A DNA stretch of 64,000 bases from Octopus bimaculoides. Lineage: Eukaryota. The translations under genes were made by a program, and so were the position numbers. Under the pieces are notes generated by a model. The model did not search any database. It saw only the letters and a list, made by a program, of their open reading frames with translations, and was not told where the DNA came from. Numbering within the stretch: position 1 is the stretch's first letter; each line of letters starts with the position of its first letter. Location: NCBI RefSeq assembly GCF_001194135.2, contig NC_068982.1, forward strand, positions 145,130,404 through 145,194,403, written 5' to 3'. This document shows, piece by piece, positions 9,809 to 22,239 of this stretch.

Positions 9809-11554
9809 ATATATATAGAGTACATCTGTCAGATGGGACTTTGATGACTGCCATTAAGCAGGAAAGTATACTAGTCCTTATATATATTTAATACTCAATA
9901 TTTCATATATTCAATAAAACATTCAATACTTCATTTCATTTTACTATTTATATTATATATTCCATATTCTATATCCCACATTAATTTTATAAGAATNNNN
10001 NNNNNNTATATATATATGTATGTATATATGTATGCATGTGTGTGTGTGTGTGTGTTTGAACAATGTAAATCTTTCCTTTTCTTCTGTTACCTCAATCACA
10101 AAGAACGACAATGTGTTATGTCCAAAGCATTGCTAGCTCCACTCCCCACAGCAATACTACTATACACTTTCTCTTATATTTTTTTAGTTATATGCCTTGA
10201 AGATGTCGCACTGCCAATATATATATATTATATTATATTATTATATAGAGATAAAAAAAAATATGCGTGCGTGTATGTATATATCTGTGCTTATGTTGAA
10301 AGCATTTTAAATCATGCTCACATGCACACACGCTATAATATATAATCTCTGCATTGATACATACGAAAGAAAAATGTTAGTCATGAAAATTGCTTTGCAC
10401 CTCAAGTTCAATATTTACATTGTCGTTACTGAAAACTGGCAGTAGTTTTCAAAGCAGATCCAGAAACAGAAGAACAAAAGACAAAACTATAAACAAACAA
10501 AAATAAAAGAAAAACAACATACGTTTTCTCTTTCTTCCTTCCTTCCTCTCTCTCGCTGTTAAAGTTAAAACTGCAGATTCCATTATTGCATTGAAGAATG
10601 CTCTAATGGTTCAACGAACTCTATATCACATTAACATGACCATGTCATCTCAGTAGTCATGGTAACTGTTAGTAATAGCTAAAAGCAAGAGCAAAAAAAA
10701 AAGAAAAACAACCCACAAAAAGCGGCACCTAACAAACGATAAAAAACTACCATAACAGCAGCCTAGCATAAAAACCAATCAAAAACTTCTCTGTAGATGC
10801 CCGGCCTGCCAAATTTTTCCGGAATCACCTCGTCCTCTTGTACCAGGAAACAGAAGCATAGTGCAGTACCAGATACACTATGCTTGAATATAAAACTGAT
10901 TTTTATAGCTAAAACACTAGTAGGAGGATGACATTTTGATTTAGAAACAATGCTTTATGGATCATATTGGTCCCAGGTAGACTAGTTATGCCCAAGGGTT
11001 AGATAACAATATCAACAGCAAAAATAAATAAATGTAGTCTAAAACACTGGTTTCTCTTATTCAGGAATTAAGCCATTTATTTCTATAGGAGCTGGAATAT
11101 AATCAATGAAACTGATCACACTTTATTACGGATATTTATTTTAGCATCTTCCGACGTTTGAAAAGCAACATCGACTTTCGGATGGGATTTTAATAAAGAA
11201 AACGTACAACGAGATTAAACGCGGTAAAACATGTACTTTGAAGTTTACATGTATAACTTGGTTGTACTACTCTTTAGTTTAATATTTCTCTCCTCACACC
11301 GTTTATATTTATAATGATGTGTTATTTTAAATTCAGTTTTGAGGGAAAGAGACGAAAAGAATTCCTGTTAATTTAAGTATTTATAAAAGGCAAGAACTGA
11401 ATGTGAAAGAAAAAATATTAAAAACTGCCAAACATCTATATCAAAAAGAAAAAGATATATATGTACCATGCGGTTATTTTCTACAGCGTTTAAAAGAAAA
11501 CCATTTATTTTTGTTTTATACAATAGCTCAAATTTTATGCCCCTCTCTTCATCC

Positions 11555-11555
<1 letters not shown>

Positions 11556-11608
<53 letters not shown>

Positions 11609-11615
11609 TAATGAT
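11556..11615. repeat. (AAT)n microsatellite
   Basis: Direct inspection. Confidence 0.95.
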
Positions 11616-11719
11616 AATAAACAAGAAAAAGAAAACTAAAACAAAATTATAACTGTTGATTTATAACATATATATTATTACGTCACTGCATATGAGTAAT
11701 GGATCGATAGAATCCTTAG

Positions 11720-12280
11720 AACACTGGGCATTGTTCCTTGCATTATTTCTTCCGACTCTATACACTCATGGTCCAAACCTGACTTCTCGGGTTCAACTTA
11801 TCCTCTTGGGGTCGAGAAAATAAAGTAACAGTCAAATACTGGGGTAGAGGTAATCGACTTGCCTCCATCCTCAAAATTGCTGGTCACGAGCTAAAATTAG
11901 TAAGAATTTTTGATTTTATTATTATAACATGCTTTGCCTTTCATCCATTCGGGGTCGATAATTTAAGTACCAGTAAAACTCTGGGTTGATATAATCGATT
12001 AGTCACCTCCCCCAAATTTCAGGCCTTGTACCTACATTAGAAAGGATTATCATAACGGACTATAAAAACAGCGAGCTGGCAGAATCGTTAGCACGCCAGA
12101 CAAAACATTTAGCGGCATTTCGTCTGTTCTGAGTTCAAATTCCGCCGACGTCGACTTTGCCTTTTATCCCTTTCGGACTTGATAAAATAAGTACCAGTTG
12201 TGCACTTGGGTCGATCTAATCGACTTAACCCTTTCCTCCAAAATCAGGCCTTGTGCCTATAATACAAAGGATTCTTATAA
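11720..12280 (+). mobile_element. Cluster of three head-to-tail SINE family B copies
   Basis: The central motif (G)TCGACTTTGCCTTTCATCC(T)TTCGGGGTCGATAAA..AAGTACCAG...CTGGGGTCGAT.TAATCGAC recurs at ~11790, ~11935 and ~12150. The third copy has the full head GCGAGCTGGCAGAATCGTTAGCACGCC and B-box GAGTTCAAAT. Confidence 0.85.
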
Positions 12281-12299
12281 CATGCTTATAGCAGGAATG

Positions 12300-12890
12300 T
12301 TGCTTTGAGATTTGGTGACAGCAATTCTCCTCAAGAATCTTTGGATTCTTGCAGAATACAGGAGTGCACTTCTTTGCGGATTGACAATGCGTGTCTCTAG
12401 GTTTGGTCGTTGCATCAAGTGCACAATTATCACAGGAATAATTGTCATCTTGATTTCTTACAATCTCTTCATCCCTCTGGCTAGCTCCTGATATTTCTCC
12501 AATTTTTCAATTTCTTTGTTACCCACCCTATTATGATATGGTATTACATTCTTTGTTTCTTTTTCTCCAGTAATCATACCTGGTCTTGTTACTTCTATAA
12601 TACAATCGCTCGTTATGGGAAAATTCCATAAAAATCCTGTAATTCTTATTTCCTGTCACAACATTGAAACCGTGCTCATAGAATTCTTCTATCACTTTGA
12701 ATTTACACACGCGGCTAACCTCGCAATGCATTCTCGTAAGTACACAATATTGCTTACACTTTTACTCTTTTTGCACCAGCTTATTATATTCACTCCAAAG
12801 TTCGTTAATGCTTTCGTTTCTTTTCTCACAGATTCTGCGTTTGCTCTCTGACTAAGTTTTGTCAATTTTATTGAATGGTGATATTAGGTC
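12300..12890 (-). mobile_element. Non-LTR retrotransposon C-terminal fragment, CCHC finger plus restriction-like endonuclease (R4/Dong-type), highly decayed
   Basis: Minus strand reads KIDKT*SESKRRICEKRNESINELWSEYNKLVQKE*K (decayed CxxC...H...C finger), FYEH..., and NRVGNKEIEKLEKYQELARGMKRL*EIKMTIIPVII. Confidence 0.8.
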
Positions 12891-13009
12891 AATATCTGCA
12901 AAATTCGAGCCGTTTGCGACTAAGCCATCAATCCCACAAAGCATACTCTGAGAGGTGGGTGTTTTTATTTCTATTTAGTCATCCTGCAGATCGAAAAACA
13001 AAACTGGCA

Positions 13010-14516
13010 AAAGGTGACTCGAGTGAAGATCTTACTTGCAATACACAGGAGTGAGGTGTCCCGATAGTTGTTGCAATCCTCTCGGTCTCCCATCTTGTAG
13101 ACGGCGATGATAGTTGCATCGTGTAAGTCGTGGGGCGGGGTCTTGCTTTCCCAGATCTTGAGAATAAGGAACATCAGATGATTTCTCAGCTAAGGACCTC
13201 CGTGCGTGAAAAACTCAAATGGGATGTTGTCTGATCCTGGAGCTTTCCCCGGCTTCATGTGCACAAATGCCTTGTTGAACTCATGGCGTGAGGGCGGCAG
13301 GGACATCCAATGACGGATGGGGAGCTGTGGAGTGTTTTGGAGGAGAACGTCGTTAGTGATCGTTAAGTAGGCACTCGAAATGGGACTTCCAGCGATCGAG
13401 GATGCCCTGGGTGTCGGTTGTCGTAGAGCCAGCTACCTTCTTCAGGCAGCCCCCTGATGACCTTGTGGGGCCGATGATCTCCTTGGTGCGGCATAAAAGC
13501 TGCGCAAGTCTCGTTGGTCCGCATAGTTTTGCATCTCCTCTGCTTTCCTCTGAGACTAGATGTTCTGAGCTTCTCGAATTCCTCGCTGGCATTTCGCTGA
13601 TGCTNNNNNNNNNNCTTTCCTCTGAGACTAGATGTTCTGAGCTTCTCGAATTCCTCGCTGGCATTCCGCTGATGCTTCCTGGTGTTTTCATTTGTTCTCC
13701 GCTGTGGCATGGTTCTCGAGGGCTAGGCGCGTCTGGAGTGTGGCTTCGATAAGACGGGAGATGGTTTCATCATTCTCGTCAAACCAGTCTTGGTCCTCCT
13801 TCTGGGCAAAGCCGATCGTCTAGTCGGCGGCAGGGGTCATGGCTTCACGAAAGCTGGTCCAGCGAACCTCAATGAAGGTTGGCTCTGCGAGGTCCATGAG
13901 GTGTGTCTCAATGGATTCCCTGAAGTCTAGGGATGCCTGTGAGTTCCGGAGTTTGGCGCAGACGAAGCGTCGGCAAGGGATGTTTGCAGAGACACGCTTT
14001 GGTGGGCAGCAGATCTTGATTTCAAGGCGAGAAATAAGAAAGCATTGATCCGTCCGAGCATGGAGCGGGTGATGCGTACATCTCGTCTGTCCGTGGATTT
14101 TGTCAGAACGTAGACGAGGATGTGCCAGTGTTTAGATCGTGGGTGTTTCCAGGTTGTTTTTTTGTCGAGTAGGGACACGAAATAGGGAGTTGGTGATGAC
14201 GAGCTCATCGTGTACGTTCGTATGTTTATTCTATCGAAAGTTTGACAGTCTGCAATGAGTTTCACCTCGAGCTGTGCTGTCGATGACAGCACAGCAAAGG
14301 TCCAGGAGGAACTGGCCATTGGCATTGCATTACCCGTGATGGCCAAGAATGCCATTCCCCAGACAATGGTCACTGCGAACTCTGCCATTAAAGTCCCCCA
14401 AAACGACGACTTTGTCATGCGCGGGGACTGTTTGTATAGTGCGGTCTAACAAGCTGTAGAACGAAGCCTTGACGTCGTCTTCAGATGTGAGGGTAGGGGC
14501 ACACACAGAGATCACA

Positions 14517-14518
<2 letters not shown>
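13010..14518 (-). mobile_element. RTE-clade LINE ORF2 fragment (APE endonuclease, linker, N-terminal RT), frameshifted
   Basis: Minus strand reads HVISVCAPTLTSEDDVKASFYSLLD...VLGDFNGRV...GHHG, ELVITNSLFR, TTWKHPRSKHWH, RWKSHFECLLN, MKPGKAPGSDNIPFEF and DATIIAVYKMGDREDCNNYRDTSLLCIASKIFTRV. Confidence 0.93.
14216..14295 (-). mobile_element. Short foreign repeat fragment inserted in the RTE endonuclease, with a fold-back end
   Basis: 14216-14283 is the reverse complement of 43693-43760 (67/68 identical). It interrupts RTE between GQFLLDLC and ELVITN. GCTGTGCTGTC-GAT-GACAGCACAGC (14271-14295) is a perfect 11-bp stem. Confidence 0.8.
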
Positions 14519-14553
<35 letters not shown>

Positions 14554-14608
14554 ATAGATACGCATACATAAATACATACATACATACATACTTACATAAG
14601 TTCACACA

Positions 14609-14659
<51 letters not shown>

Positions 14660-14860
14660 CTATATCTATATACACAAACATACATACATATGTGGATATA
14701 TGCATTTACACACACATATATATATACGCATATATATGTATACAGACGTATGTGCACATATGTGTACAGGCCTATATAATCTTATGTATGTATGCATATA
14801 TGTGTGTGTGTATTTATATACACACACACACACATATATATATATACATATATGCATATT

Positions 14861-14898
<38 letters not shown>

Positions 14899-15762
14899 CG
14901 CGCACACACACATGTATATATGTATGGATGTATGTATATATACTCACATTTGCATATAATATCACACATAAACTTCGATTCATATAATATATGCATCTGT
15001 GTGTTTCCGGTTTGTGCTAATGCTTACAGCCTGAAACCAATTTTCGTTGTCCTTTTGTTCTTTTATGTATTATAAAGTTGCGGTTCGATGAGATGATCAT
15101 CCGGCTGAAATAAAGCCTGAAGTCGACATGAAGGAGAAACCAGTTGGAGGACGTGCTCCATCGCAACCGCCGTCTTGATTGAAAGCATTATAAGTAGAAG
15201 AGAATATCTTTATGAGCGTGCATGTCTTCATCTGCAGGTGTGTGTGTGTGTGTATATGCGTGTGCGCGCGCGTGCGCGTGCGTCTTGTATTTATAGACAC
15301 CTGTTTAGAGTTGAGATAAATGAAGTCCTTATTAACGATCTGCTCAGACATTGGTGGCAGTAGGCAAAACTAGAGTTTGCATGAAAACAACATCCAAAGT
15401 TTCATTGAAAGCAATTAGAAGCTGTCTCGACGGCCAGGTATAATTGGTTTGCTTGTTTGATATGGATATGTTATGAAAGACAACCGCAAATACACACACA
15501 TACGCACGCACATACATACTCACACACACACACACGTACACACACACACAATTACTCACACATACTCTCGTTTTTGCACAATATTTTCGCACTGCCTCTT
15601 CCCATCTCATCCAGTTATATGAAGAAAAGTTGTATAATAACATTTTTAACTTTTCAAACTTCCTTATCTCAAATTTCTAATTGTATGTTATGTATATAAT
15701 ATAGACTAGGCATCGTTCAATTTCTCTACTTCATTTATTGTTACGAATATACTCTTCCCAAA

Positions 15763-15905
15763 AGGCAGCTAACTGGCAGAATCATTAGCATGCTAGGAAA
15801 AATGCTTAGCGGTTTTTCGTCCGTTAAAATATGTACCAGTCGGACCGATGTGATCGACTTAACCCTCCCAACGAAATAGCTAGTCTTGTGCCAACATTTG
15901 AAATC
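15763..15905 (+). mobile_element. SINE family B, internally deleted
   Basis: AGGCAGCTAACTGGCAGAATCATTAGCATGC...ATGCTTAGCGG...GTACCAG...GATCGACTTAACCC. Confidence 0.75.
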
Positions 15906-16035
15906 ACTATACTCCTTCTATACATTCACGCTATCAAACAGCATTTACTTGTATTTAGTTGGTACGTTTTCTGAAAGCAATGTGAATTTGTTATTGTTGC
16001 TATCATCGTCGACGCCACCTTTCGCCTTGTCCCCT

Positions 16036-16086
16036 TTCTTCTTCTTCTTCTTCTTCTTCTTCTTCTTCTTCTTCTTCTTCTTCTTC
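16036..16086. repeat. (TTC)n microsatellite
   Basis: Direct inspection. Confidence 0.95.
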
Positions 16087-16869
16087 CCATCGCTTTATGG
16101 TTTTATGCATGTTTATGTTACTTTTCATTATTGTCGTTCATCTCAAACCTTTCCTCCTTCACCCCCACTTCCCTTCTTTCACTTCCTCTTCCTTTTTTCT
16201 TATTTGTTTGTCCAATAATCTTTAGTAATTTGTTTGTTCGTTTATTTGTTTTATGTTCTTGTTTTCGTAACCAAGAGGTTAAGAGTAATGAGGCTTTTGA
16301 TAGTTTGCATGACTGTCCTCAAATACTGTATAGTTTTTACATATTTTTTGTTCTTTCCGACATGATTTAATACTAAACTAAAAACATGGCTGCAAAAAAA
16401 AAGATAGTTATTTCAGCCATATTTTTTTACAAAAAATTTCCTTTTAATTACAAAACTTTCAACTTTTCCTCTGATTTTCCTTTTGTTTTGTAGTGTTTAA
16501 TTAATCTATACTTTCTTTTCATCACTGAGGGCAAGGTATCAACGTTTTGACAAGGGAAAATACTGCATGCAGTAATTTTACAATATTTTCCTTTATTTTT
16601 ATAATTATATGTTTTGCTTTCATTAAAATGTTAAAAAAAGATATAACTCGCCTAAAGAAATTATCAGTTAAAGAATTTGAAAGTAATGGTTTTAAAAATA
16701 CAATAAAAACAACCATTTTTGATAATAATTATTTTTCCTAGGCATGAACTATGATATCATACTTCCCTGTGGTGATCATTCATTCTCTAACAACGTAGTA
16801 AAAGATATACAAGCATATCTCGTGTATTATCATTACTTAATGTATCTACTGTATTCAGTTTCATACCAC

Positions 16870-17412
16870 TATGTTCTAAGATCGAATCCCGAGGTCGATT
16901 TGTCTTTCATCGTTTGAGAGTCAATCAAAGGAACACCAGTTAATTACTGTGGTCATCTATATTTACAAATCCTTCCCCTAAATTTCAGGCACTGAGCCTA
17001 TATCACCGGACAGAATTGTTTAGCGGAATTTTGTCCGTTTTTACGTTATAAGTTCAAATTCCACCCAAGTCCACTTTGCCATTCTTCCTTTCGGGGTCGA
17101 TAAAATAAGTACCAGATGAGCACTGGAGTCAGTGTAATCAACCATCCCCCTCTCCCGAAATTGCTGGCCATATGCCTAAATTTGAAACGATTATAGAGGG
17201 CGAAGGAATGGCAGAATTGAGAGAACTGAGAGGATTGAGAACTGCCCTGTGGCATTTCTTCCGGTTTTAACACTCTGATTTCAGAACCCACCGTTATTAA
17301 TTTTGCATTTTACTCTTTCTGGAATCATAAACTATAAACAATAAAGTACCAATGAAGGACTTGGGTCGATGATATTTATTAACTCCAAACCCTGAAAAGT
17401 TTCTGTCTTTGT
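16870..17412 (+). mobile_element. Cluster of three head-to-tail SINE family B copies
   Basis: The central motif recurs at ~16890, ~17075 and ~17305, with tails ending ...AAATTTCAGGC / AAATTGCTGGCC...AAATTTGAAAC. Confidence 0.8.
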
Positions 17413-18136
17413 GTCTAAATTAGGTCTTTATCACTTTCTTTATTGGTGCACATCAAAATGGTATTTAGTTTCCTACCACAAGGTTCTGGAATCGAATCTT
17501 GCGAGACTGACATCGTCTTTCTTTCCACAAGATGCGATAAAATATACGCCAGTTGATATTTTGATACACTAATATACGTGGCATTTTCCCTCTGTTTCAC
17601 TCCATACTGTACAGCAATCGTTCCGTCCCCGCTTGCCATCATCTTTGGTTTATATGAATGATTTCAGAAGCTTGCTAAATGAGAAGAGGACACGATTCCA
17701 CATCCCAGTATAATTCTTTATTTTTTGTTTTTCTTCGAATGTTTCACCAGTATTTCTTTTTTTATTATTAAAAGTGTGTGGATATATTTTGGTTCTGGTG
17801 TGCCTTTGTTATGGCGACTGGTGGAATCCTTCGTCACAATAGCATTGTAAATGATTTAAACAACAATGTTTAGTCTCATGGGAAGATAGTACCTGTGGAC
17901 ATTTTCAGTTGCTGTTGCTGGTATAGTGATATATTCTATACTGGTATAGTGCAAATGACATTTTCTATGACAACGTGTGGATTTAGAAGCATACTTATCT
18001 CTCTTGTTGATCAGATATTTAGTGGCTATTCCCTGACCCTAGATAGTAAAAACGTATGTTTATGATTAATGGGTCATATTACTAACTTGCCTTAATATTC
18101 TATTTTTGTATTTAGAGTTTTATTCTCCTTTATTGT

Positions 18137-18165
18137 ACACACACACACACACACAAGCACACAGG

Positions 18166-18262
<97 letters not shown>
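18137..18262. repeat. (CA)n microsatellite
   Basis: Direct inspection. Confidence 0.95.
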
Positions 18263-18264
<2 letters not shown>

Positions 18265-19182
18265 GGGGCAGTAGTTGAACAACTACGTAGACCCACTCGT
18301 ATGTATCTATTTATGAAGTTGTAGGCATGCATATATGTATGTGTGGAGACAGGTATTTCCGTGGGATCTAATAAGATGTGATATATCTGTTAAGTCCAGG
18401 AGAAATTACTATGTCTGTTCAATGTTGGTGTTCTCTATCTTATCGGATATGTACTTATGCATAACTCTATGCTGTTAGGATGAGTATTTCTCTTCTACGT
18501 TTTTGTCTACCCTTGGAACAGATAGATGCTTGGAGTACCTGTTGTGTAATTCCTCATCTAATATCGCTATTTTCGCTGTTTCGTTCACTCGATGTGTACT
18601 CATTTTCCTCTTTACAGTTCATTAGATGATTTCAAATTTAATTTGATGCTGCAATGAAGAAACGATCTGCACTGACCTTATTTCTAACCCCTTGTCACTC
18701 CATTTAACAGAGATCCAGTCAAAGTTACTGTTGATGTGGAAGTTATCACTAGTTGAAAGTACCTTTCTAAGATCTCTTCAATTATTCAATCTAGTATCTC
18801 AAACGTCAACATAAACTCTGGTACTGCAAATGAATTGTGGGATATGGTTTCATTAAATGCAGACAGCTCAGACTGTCATGCATTCCGAAATCTGCTTCAC
18901 TCATGCTTACGCAAAGCAACGAAGGTATGCAATTCGATTCCGAGGTCCATTTAGTGTTGATCATTAGAGTTAGCGAAGTTAGACCGACCAATGGGATATA
19001 TCCTTGCTTGATCAACGATGTATGTTCATTTGCTTTCATGTATGAGCCTATATACGGAAAGATTAGTGACTAGATGGAAGATTTGTCACGTGTGACGTGC
19101 AGTCCTTTAATCACTATTAGTATGAACTAAAATTAATTTCAAGAATTGGCTCAAAGACAGAAACTTTAGAAATGAAATACTT

Positions 19183-19332
19183 GATTACATCGACCCCCAG
19201 TGCTCAACTGGTACTTATTCCACCAACACCGAAAGGATGAAAGTCGACTTCAACAGAATTTGAACTGAAAATGTAAAGAGCCGGAAGAAATATCTCTAAG
19301 CATTTTCCCAGACGCGCTAATGATTCTGCCTC
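19183..19332 (-). mobile_element. SINE family B
   Basis: The plus strand shows ATCGACCCCCAGT...CTGGTACTT...CCGAAAGGATGAAAGTCGAC...ATTTGAACT...CGCTAATGATTCTGCC, the reverse complement of family B. Confidence 0.85.
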
Positions 19333-19559
19333 ACGTATGAATATATAATAATCTATACACATAGATACGTATATGCATATGTAATTATACGTGGAGAGTG
19401 ATTTGAGAAACGTAATTATGCTGTCATTGAATTAAGTGTGCGCAATTTAAAACAAATATAGGTGGCGTTTGTATTTGTGTGTTTATGTATATATATATAT
19501 ACGAGAATTTGATATATATATATATATATATATATATACATTCACGCATATGTGATATA

Positions 19560-19598
<39 letters not shown>

Positions 19599-20218
19599 AT
19601 ATGTGTGTGTACATATACATATATATATATGTGTGTGTATATATACATATACATATATATGTACATACATCTGTATGTGTGGGTGGGTATGTGTGTTTGT
19701 GTGTGTATGTGTGTGTGTTTGTGTATGAATGTGTGTGAATGTGTGTGTGCTTATTCTTTTTCTGAGGCTATTGCATTATTTTGGCAATTGCGTCCAGAAC
19801 GAGTCGTGCGTTTGACTGGAGTTACAAAGACACATCAGGTTGCACATAATGATGCAAAATCACACATACTCACACACAAGAGTGCATGCTCACTCACATA
19901 ACATTCACACATAGATATTCGCGTACATGCATATACACACATGCACATTCGCGCTGATAAATTCCCTCAAACGATATTAAACGGAAATACGATTATGTTT
20001 GTTTGTTTTTCTTCTCACTTTGGCTCAGGTCCTACAAATTTGTAACAGAAGGACAGCAAATTACTATTGGAACTTATCGACTTTTGTAGAGTTTGAATTC
20101 TTAACTACGGGGAGAAACGTCAACTTTTCAGCAATCCAACTGACTTGCAATAAATTTAATAGTAGTTTCGTGAAAACTGGCACAAAACGACAAACATGGC
20201 AATATTGGGTAGTTGATG

Positions 20219-20400
20219 AAGGCAGCGAGCTGACAGAATTGTTAGCCCGTCGGGCAAAATGCCAAGCGTCTTTGAGTTCTCAGTTCAAATTCCGCCGAGC
20301 TCGACTTTACCTTTCATCCTTTCGGGTTCTATGAAATAAATACCAGTTAACTACTGGGGTCGATATAATCGAATTATCACTTCCCCCAAATTTGCCAAAT
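20219..20400 (+). mobile_element. SINE family B
   Basis: AAGGCAGCGAGCTGACAGAATTGTTAGC...GTTCAAATTCCGCCGAGCTCGACTTTACCTTTCATCCTTTCGGG...TACCAG. Confidence 0.85.
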
Positions 20401-20449
20401 TTAAAGTCAATATTGTGTGGCCGATTTAACTGGCTTCTTGTACTCTCCG

Positions 20450-20800
20450 GGTAATTACGCTTGTGAGCTTTGGGGAGCGAACAATAAATTATATGGAACA
20501 TAGTATTATGTAAAGGCAATTATTTTATTGACCTCAGAAGGATGAAAAGTAAAGTACAATTCATATTGGTTGTGAACTTACAACCTGATCCTGCATTATA
20601 CTTAATGACTTATAAAGTAGAAGGAACAAGGCCAGACATTTGGTGAAAGGGACTATGTCGATTAAACCGACCAGTACTTGACTGCTACTTGATTTATTTT
20701 GTCGAACTTGGGCGCATAGAAAACAATATTGACCACGGCGGCATTTGAACTCAGAACGCAAAGAATCGGAATAAATACCACAATGCATGTTGTCCGATGA
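20450..20800 (-). mobile_element. Two degenerate minus-strand SINE family B fragments
   Basis: TTTATTGACCTCAGAAGGATGAAAAG (~20525) and ...GGCATTTGAACTCAGAACG (~20740). Confidence 0.55.
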
Positions 20801-20821
20801 TTAATACCATTTCTGTCTCAT

Positions 20822-21022
20822 CTAGCTCAACCTGCTAGAAACAGCAGTCAAATCTTCTACAAAGTACATCCCATCCTCTAAAATATGACAGAACACACTA
20901 AATTATGCTGTCATTGACGTACTGTATCTAAGAATAAAAACGAGATGGTCATGTTTGGAAAAACTTTGATCATAGCTCATTTCTATTCGAGCAGAGCCAA
21001 AACTCAAAAGTACCAACAACAA
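20822..21022 (+). mobile_element. Interspersed repeat family C (unclassified, probable retroposon 3' part)
   Basis: GCTCAACCTGCTAGAAACAGCAGTCAAATC...GAGATGGTCA...TTTGATCATAG...CAACAAC. Related motifs occur at ~26820 (-), ~38770, ~49860, ~52540-52770 (-) and ~57165. Confidence 0.5.
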
Positions 21023-21059
21023 GTAAAATATTTATGGCTTCTACAATTGCAGATCACAC

Positions 21060-21267
21060 ATTTTTGAGGAAAGTGTGTCTTGACTCCAAACGCAACCTAT
21101 CGACTTCTACAGATGAGGTCTTCACAGCTGCATAAAGCGATGGCAGAAGTGTGTCACCATTGGTGGTGGCTATATAGAGAAGGACTAATGAGTATGGCAA
21201 GTTTCCTTTATCCCAATCCTTGGGAAGTGGGTCGGGGGGGGAATCTCTAATGAACACCCCTCGCGTA
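21060..21267 (+). mobile_element. Mariner transposase 3' end plus TIR
   Basis: FYR*GLHSCIKRWQKCVTIGGGYIEKD* is a typical mariner C-terminus. It is followed by ...TAATGAACACCCCTCGCGTA, a TIR ending at TA. Confidence 0.85.
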
Positions 21268-21799
21268 TATTATCTAGCAGAATTCTATCCAGATATCCAG
21301 AGTTAATTTACACCTAGTATTCGCTTTCATTTAACTTGTACAATTCTATTCACATAGTCTCACATATATATATATATATAATCATCATCATCACACACAT
21401 ATACATTGACATAAATGTGCATTCACAAACAGGTACACACACGCTGATACACACGTACACATACACACATACACCTAATACATACATGCACACATACATA
21501 TATACATGTACATACACACATCGTAAGAGTCTTCAAGTGCTTCACGATTATAATAGAATGGGTGCATAAAGAAATTATTTGCTAAGATCTCAATGAACAT
21601 AAGTGTAAATAACGCAAGACAACTTCTTGTGGCAGACTTCGTGTCTTTGCTGCTGCATTCATTTGTTCAGTTGGTTAAGTATGGTGTCAACAGTAGATAT
21701 GATTATCACATGTATATCTTTCGCATACATACAACTACAAACACACACACACAATATATACAGTACACGCACACACACACACAATATATACAATACACG

Positions 21800-21831
<32 letters not shown>

Positions 21832-22028
21832 TTTATTATTCAATTATATATTATTCAATTATCCATTCAAATACAACAGAAGCCCTAACGCAAATCTGGC
21901 GGTACGGATAATGCTACTGCTGGAGAGCACCAAGAGAAATCTGATGGTGGACGAATTTTATACTGTACTCTACTACGTTCTTAACAGAATATAACCTAAC
22001 TCTCAACCGCCCTCTCTCTCCCTTTCTG

Positions 22029-22029
<1 letters not shown>

Positions 22030-22088
<59 letters not shown>
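22030..22088. repeat. (TATC)n microsatellite
   Basis: Direct inspection. Confidence 0.95.
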
Positions 22089-22101
22089 ATATATAAAGCT
22101 G

Positions 22102-22219
22102 CAAAAACATTACAAAAGCTGTTACTCAGAGTTTCACGTTCCCGTTCATTGGACAGAGTTTCATGTTCCCGACGAACGGGCACGTGAAACGCTGATTAAC
22201 AGTTTTTGTGATGTGTTTG
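22102..22219. repeat. 46-bp imperfect inverted repeat (hairpin / MITE-like)
   Basis: 22102-22147 versus the reverse complement of 22174-22219: 40/46 matches, with a 26-nt loop. Confidence 0.8.
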
Positions 22220-22239
22220 ACCACGACGACCACCACCAC

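Noticed and set aside
13543-13676. 62-bp direct repeat inside the RTE element
   Set aside because: The two copies sit either side of a 10-N spacer and differ by one base. This is typical of unmerged overlapping contig ends (two haplotypes), so it is an assembly artefact.
15093-15237. Protein-like peptide DDHPAEIKPEVDMKEKPVGGRAPSQPPS*, or an alternative frame ending at CAG/GTGTGT
   Set aside because: The acceptors are weak (GAG, or AAG without a pyrimidine tract), the frames are ambiguous and there is no recognisable homology.
17415-17642. Minus-strand 75-aa ORF
   Set aside because: There is no recognisable motif, the 3' part runs into a SINE tail, and the length is within chance expectation.
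18620-19000. Open stretches resembling a LINE linker or small exons
   Set aside because: No diagnostic motif could be read in any frame, so it was left unannotated.
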